Shown: piece after piece, positions 27,999 through 32,000 of the stretch
Numbering within the stretch: position 1 is the stretch's first letter
Layout of the letters: every line of letters starts with the position of its first letter
DNA from: Candidatus Brocadia sp.
Lineage (GTDB): Bacteria; Planctomycetota; Brocadiia; Brocadiales; Brocadiaceae
Assembly: GCA_021650915.1 (NCBI GenBank)
Contig: CP091279.1
Location: 150,001 to 182,000 of the forward strand
Direction of reading: 5' to 3'
Length of the DNA: 32,000 bases
Translations under genes and position numbers: made by a program
The notes under the pieces: model-generated
Seen by the model: only the letters and a program-made list of their open reading frames with translations
What the model was told of the DNA's origin: nothing
Database searches by the model: none

Positions 27999-29576
27999 TT
28001 ATATCCTTTTATAAATCACCTTTGGGATCGGAAAGGTGCGATTGTCTAAAACGGCGCCTAACAGATTGACCTTTTTGTCATTCAGGGATTCTATGAGCTC
28101 CTTTAAGACGTGGTGTTTGGTTTGCCCCTCACTCACTACCAGAATGACTCCATCTAAATACGAGGACAGGATGCAAGTGTCCCTCAGGTTCACGACATTC
28201 GAATAGTCAATTAAAACTAACCCGTATTTTTCTTTGGCAATCTTGATTACTTCACCCATCCTGGTGGATTCCAGAAGGAGCGCAGGTTCGAGCTGGGTAT
28301 CTCCTGCCGGCAACACCGTTAAATTCGGCCTTATCTCCTGAGTTGCCTTCTCAAACGGGACTTTACGTTCCAGCACATCCGCAAGCCCCGGTCCTTCTGA
28401 AATGTCAAAGACGCGGTTGAGCGCCGGGGCGTTTACATTGGCGTCTATGATAATTACCTTCTGACCCGTTTTGGTGGACAGAAGATTGCCAAGATTGGCG
28501 CTGACCCTGGCAGACCTTTCCCGTGGCGTAGCGGCTGCTATTAACAGGGATTTGATGTTTTTGTCCCGTATTAAAAGGCACAGATTGTCTGAAAGTTTTT
28601 GGTAAAACTGGGCAGAAACAGTTCCCCGCTTTACCCCGTTCATGCACCCATTTTTCCGGTATCCGTTCCTGGGAATGGAGCCTAAATGCGGCAAGTTGAG
28701 ATTTGTAACTATGTCCTGCGGGGACTTTATGGTATGGTCGATATATTCAAGAGCAAATGCGAGCATGATCCCCGCAAACAGCGCCATGAAAACGGCAAGA
28801 AGCAGGGCAGTTCTTTTGTTTGTTCCCGTCGGCGCAAGGGGCACTTCCGCCTGCTCAATGATCTTGACGGTTGCCGGACCAATCGCTTCAATGGCGGGGA
28901 GTATTTTTCCATGGAGATTTTGAATCATCGCGCTGATGTTATCTTTTAGTTGCACTACGTTCGGATGCATTTCTCCGTATTGCAACCTGAGTTCGGCCAG
29001 TTGTTGCTCGAGGTCAAAAATAATATAGGAACGGCTTACCACGTTGGCAATTTCGGCGGCCGCTTCCGGACTAAAATCGCTCACGGTTATTGCAAATAAA
29101 TTGGTATCTCGTATTGGCTCTACTCCGATATTCTCTTTCAGGCCTTCTACGGCCATTCTAAACCGATACGACGGTTCATCGAAAGATGGATTGTCGTTTG
29201 ATTTCGACCGTTTGAGCCTTAGATCGATGAGACGCGCCTTGAGCGGAGAGCAAAATTGTTTTTCATAATCAGCCGGGCGCTCGTGAAGCTTGAGCACATT
29301 TACCGCACGCTTGATTACGGGATTCGAATTCACAATGCCGCTGGGGGTAAGCTGCTGGATTTGAGCTCCGCTCAAACTGGTATAATACGGAGAATCGATC
29401 TGTTTTTCCGCGGAGATGAGCATCGTGACCCGGGCATGATATACCGGTGTTTTAAGTTCCAACCCAATAATTGTGCCGGTTATTATGACGATGAAGGTAA
29501 TGACAACGACGGCCTTGTGCCTGAATATCGCCTTCACATAATCTTTTAAACTGATAACTGGATAATTAGCATTCAT
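27999..29576 (-). CDS. Wzz/GumC-type chain-length determinant fused to CpsD/BY-kinase-like domain (degenerate nucleotide-binding motifs)
   Basis: N-term LKDYVKAIFRHKAVVVITFIVIITGTIIGLELKTPVYHARVTMLIS; PLAPTGTNKRTALLLAVFMALFAGIMLAFALEYIDHTIKSPQDI; kinase-like domain IAAATPRERSARVSANLGNLLSTKTGQKVIIIDANVNAP...LVLIDYSNVVNLRDTCILSSYLDGVILVVSEGQT. Confidence 0.9.
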   Translation of the reverse strand: MNANYPVISLKDYVKAIFRHKAVVVITFIVIITGTIIGLELKTPVYHARVTMLISAEKQIDSPYYTSLSGAQIQQLTPSGIVNSNPVIKRAVNVLKLHERPADYEKQFCSPLKARLIDLRLKRSKSNDNPSFDEPSYRFRMAVEGLKENIGVEPIRDTNLFAITVSDFSPEAAAEIANVVSRSYIIFDLEQQLAELRLQYGEMHPNVVQLKDNISAMIQNLHGKILPAIEAIGPATVKIIEQAEVPLAPTGTNKRTALLLAVFMALFAGIMLAFALEYIDHTIKSPQDIVTNLNLPHLGSIPRNGYRKNGCMNGVKRGTVSAQFYQKLSDNLCLLIRDKNIKSLLIAAATPRERSARVSANLGNLLSTKTGQKVIIIDANVNAPALNRVFDISEGPGLADVLERKVPFEKATQEIRPNLTVLPAGDTQLEPALLLESTRMGEVIKIAKEKYGLVLIDYSNVVNLRDTCILSSYLDGVILVVSEGQTKHHVLKELIESLNDKKVNLLGAVLDNRTFPIPKVIYKRI

Positions 29577-29888
29577 TTTTCAATTCAAACAGATAATACT
29601 ATACTCCACAGGCTCACAATTTGTGATTTATAAACTTGATATAGACTTACCATAATCTAACGGGGTGGCACGGACAAGCTGTGCTTGTCCATGTCTTTGT
29701 AATACTGCTCAATACCTTGTACTTGCAATGATCAGACTTGGTTTGTCTATCCAGATTTTAAAATGGATATTTCACAAACAACGTCGTGCAAGTTCAACAC
29801 GGACAAACAGAGTTCGTCCGTGCCACCCTGTTTATCAATCTAAATATTCACTGATTGTGAACCTTTTGAGTATATTTAGTTTTTGAAA

Positions 29889-30262
29889 AATCCCGAAGGG
29901 ATGTCATGATTATAGAAAAAACGCACCACCATCTTCAACCTCGTAGAGGTGAAATATCGGGAAAATAGCGATACTATGCCACTCCCACGGGATTAACCAT
30001 AATTGCATAACACTATAGTACTACTGTATAAAAACTCCTTTTTTTGTAAGTTTTTTCACAAACCCCTTTTCAGGAGGTACCGTTTTTATGAATGAAAGAT
30101 TGCTTCGCTTCACTCGCAATGACAACGTGCAGTGTGCCATCAAAGTGCATGGTCGCTGTCATTGCGGGGGGCCTTTTCCGAAGCAATCTCCCCGTTTTCA
30201 TAAAGGAACTTTGGTTGCGGCTGTGCCGCGCTATGCTATAATCACGACATCCCTTCGGGATT
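29889..30262. repeat. Segment bounded by near-perfect inverted repeats of about 27 bp, containing part of the dispersed repeat
   Basis: Left aatcccgaagggatgtcatgattatag; right ctataatcacgacatcccttcgggatta (one mismatch when reverse-complemented over the core). Confidence 0.75.
30118..30233. repeat. Dispersed repeat copy B (copy A at 767-874)
   Basis: atgacaacgtgcagtgtgccatcaaagtgcatggtcgctgtcattgcggggggccttttccgaagcaatctccccgttttcataaaggaactttggttgcggctgtgccgcgctatg. Confidence 0.85.
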
Positions 30263-30378
30263 ACAGAATCACTATTTTGTTCGCTCGTAGTGATGATGAG
30301 CGAAGGTACGCTGAATAGACACGAGAATTTTTCAAAAAACTAAATGATTACAACACTACGAAATTTTTAAGCTGCGGT

Positions 30379-30407
30379 TGTAGAGCGACGAGGCTCGTCG
30401 CCCTACA
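30379..30407. repeat. Strong hairpin / palindromic repeat
   Basis: tgtagagcgacgaggctcgtcgccctaca: gcgacgag/ctcgtcgc perfect 8-bp arms around a single g, plus tgtag/ctaca outer arms. Confidence 0.8.
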
Positions 30408-30581
30408 GATAAAAAGCCACCGAGAGTTTGATTGATGTATAGGAATTTCAATCTTCGTGGACGCACCTTTTCCCAATACGCCAGAACACAGGCGTACAAC
30501 CTGTGACCATCGGCGCTGCCAAAGACCGTCTGATTAAATTCCGATTTTACGTTTCCTGGAGCACAGGATAACTATCTGCCT

Positions 30582-30863
30582 TTATACCTCCTCTGCCGTA
30601 TTTTTGGACTGGCTATGTAATTTTTTTGCATTCTTTCTTGCCCTCAGGTACCGTATTCCTATATACGTAGCGCCGCTTACAGAAAAGATGAGATAACTCA
30701 TCGGTTCCGGCACAACGGGAGGTTTGCCTCCGGAGCCACCGCCATGACCGCCTCCGCCGCCACTATGCCTTTGCTGGGCATACGCTCCGCCATCAAGCAT
30801 GGTAAACAGAAATACTATCAAAAATCCCAGAGCTAACCTTTTCTTCATCTTTTTCTTCCTCAT
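30582..30863 (-). CDS. Very small PEP-CTERM sorting-signal protein
   Basis: Signal peptide MKKRLALGFLIVFLFTMLDGGAYAQ, Gly/His linker RHSGGGGGHGGGSGGKPP, then VVPEPMSYLIFSVSGATYIGIRYLRARK. Confidence 0.88.
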   Translation of the reverse strand: MRKKKMKKRLALGFLIVFLFTMLDGGAYAQQRHSGGGGGHGGGSGGKPPVVPEPMSYLIFSVSGATYIGIRYLRARKNAKKLHSQSKNTAEEV

Positions 30864-30933
30864 TCAGGATGTTTATTGAAATACCAGGTTTATTGTCATC
30901 CGTTATAATAATTCCTATGGCCTTTAAGATCCT

Positions 30934-31635
30934 CTATTCAGGGAGGGGAAGAGGCACAACCTGGAATGTGCACCGGCTATTGCCGCGGCCGCCTCCGCTC
31001 GGTATGGACACCCTGGTACTTAACCGATAATACCCGTCAGTTAAAGGTGTATCGGCGCCCGAAGGATGCCACCATGCAAAATACCATTCATCCGGGTCTA
31101 ATGTCAGCAGATCGAAATTCCAGTTGGATCTGCTATGAAAACCCCAGTTATAACCAGCCTGATTGGCATCGTCTTTGTATAAACTCCATCGTATGCTTAC
31201 CCTTGTGGCCGCAGATACCTTAAAGGCTACATATAAGTATGCCTGGTCTGAATATACCCATGGCCAGTAAGCGTTTTGGAGTGGATCAGTGTTTGCCTGG
31301 AAACTTGTGTAGGCAGCGTATACATCAACCGGGTTGCCCGATCCCATGACGCTTGGCTCCATGACACTTTGCTCCGACTCCGCAGCGCTTTGTCTGGAGT
31401 TCATCAATCTCTTTAACTCCCGCCCCGCCTCGCCGCTGAACCTGACGCGGGCAAGCCCAAAATTCCCTTCGTCGTGAATCACCCTTATTGACATGCTCTT
31501 CTGAATCTCCCCCATTTCACCGGCGAAAGAGATTTGCCCCTGGACAAGGACGACTACGAGGGCTAGCGCGAGCCCACAGAACCCTTTCTTGAACGCGAAT
31601 TTAGTCATACAGTTCCTCCTTTCATTGAATGCCAA
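30934..31635 (-). CDS. Secreted protein of unknown function next to the PEP-CTERM gene
   Basis: Signal peptide (start probably at MTKFAFKKGFCGLALALVVVLVQGQISFA); Trp/Tyr/Asp-rich C-terminal half; no recognised domain. Confidence 0.65.
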   Translation of the reverse strand: MAFNERRNCMTKFAFKKGFCGLALALVVVLVQGQISFAGEMGEIQKSMSIRVIHDEGNFGLARVRFSGEAGRELKRLMNSRQSAAESEQSVMEPSVMGSGNPVDVYAAYTSFQANTDPLQNAYWPWVYSDQAYLYVAFKVSAATRVSIRWSLYKDDANQAGYNWGFHSRSNWNFDLLTLDPDEWYFAWWHPSGADTPLTDGYYRLSTRVSIPSGGGRGNSRCTFQVVPLPLPE

Positions 31636-32000
31636 AAATGCCTATGCAAAACGACAAAACTCCTTGGTGATTATGTTAAACCGACAACCCTCCTTTCTCA
31701 TACCATTGATAACGTTATGCAGGGCGCGTCAGGCTTGCCCTGACTCTATCGAAGGCTGAAGCAGCCCACCTTCACCTCGTTCGCTAAGCACGCCTGTTTG
31801 CCCAATCTTCGCTATCTTTTTTCGATCAGGAACCCTTTTCCATCTGAATATGCCAGTACATAAGACCCCGGAAAAGCGCGGGGAATATTTTGAATAATAT
31901 TTTGAGATCAAGAACCAATGACCAATTATCAATGTAATCAAGGTCCATTTGCATCCATTTCTGGAAATCGGGCTGAAATCTGTTGCTTACCTGCCATGTG

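Noticed and set aside
28686-28949. Plus-strand and minus-strand small ORFs within the GumC-like gene
   Set aside because: Shadow ORFs overlapping a well-supported coding sequence.

Overview
Almost every gene in this window lies on the minus strand. They form a surface-polysaccharide locus tied to an exosortase/PEP-CTERM system: a WecG/TagA-type glycosyltransferase, GT4 and GT2 glycosyltransferases, a Wzy-like polymerase, a Wzx-like flippase, a DegT-family aminotransferase, a cupin protein, several SAM methyltransferases, a secreted beta-helix protein, an exosortase-EpsI fusion, a GumC/Wzz-CpsD-like protein and a very small PEP-CTERM protein. At least five toxin-antitoxin-like modules are spliced between the biosynthetic genes: HicBA, DUF433/DUF5615, three PIN-type pairs, plus a DUF7718/DUF5647-like pair. 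Transposase genes or fragments occur at 3-407 (IS110-like), 881-2328 (IS1634/IS4-like, frameshifted) and 18086-19549 (probable ISNCY-like). The most interesting non-gene signals are: (1) two copies of a GC-rich palindromic element read in-frame, in different reading frames, inside the exosortase gene; (2) two inverted pairs of a 'CTTTGCG..CTTTGCGGT' motif, each pair spanning exactly 233 bp by my count; (3) a dispersed about 105-bp repeat near both ends of the window; (4) a GxxExxY gene bracketed by related repeat blocks; (5) a partial, internally deleted glycosyltransferase duplicate; and (6) a series of single-base lesions in otherwise recognisable genes, two of them in-frame stops. The BY-kinase-like domain lacks a canonical Walker A lysine. 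The gene content resembles anammox/planctomycete-type genomes, but that is a weak inference. I found no CRISPR array, rRNA or tRNA.
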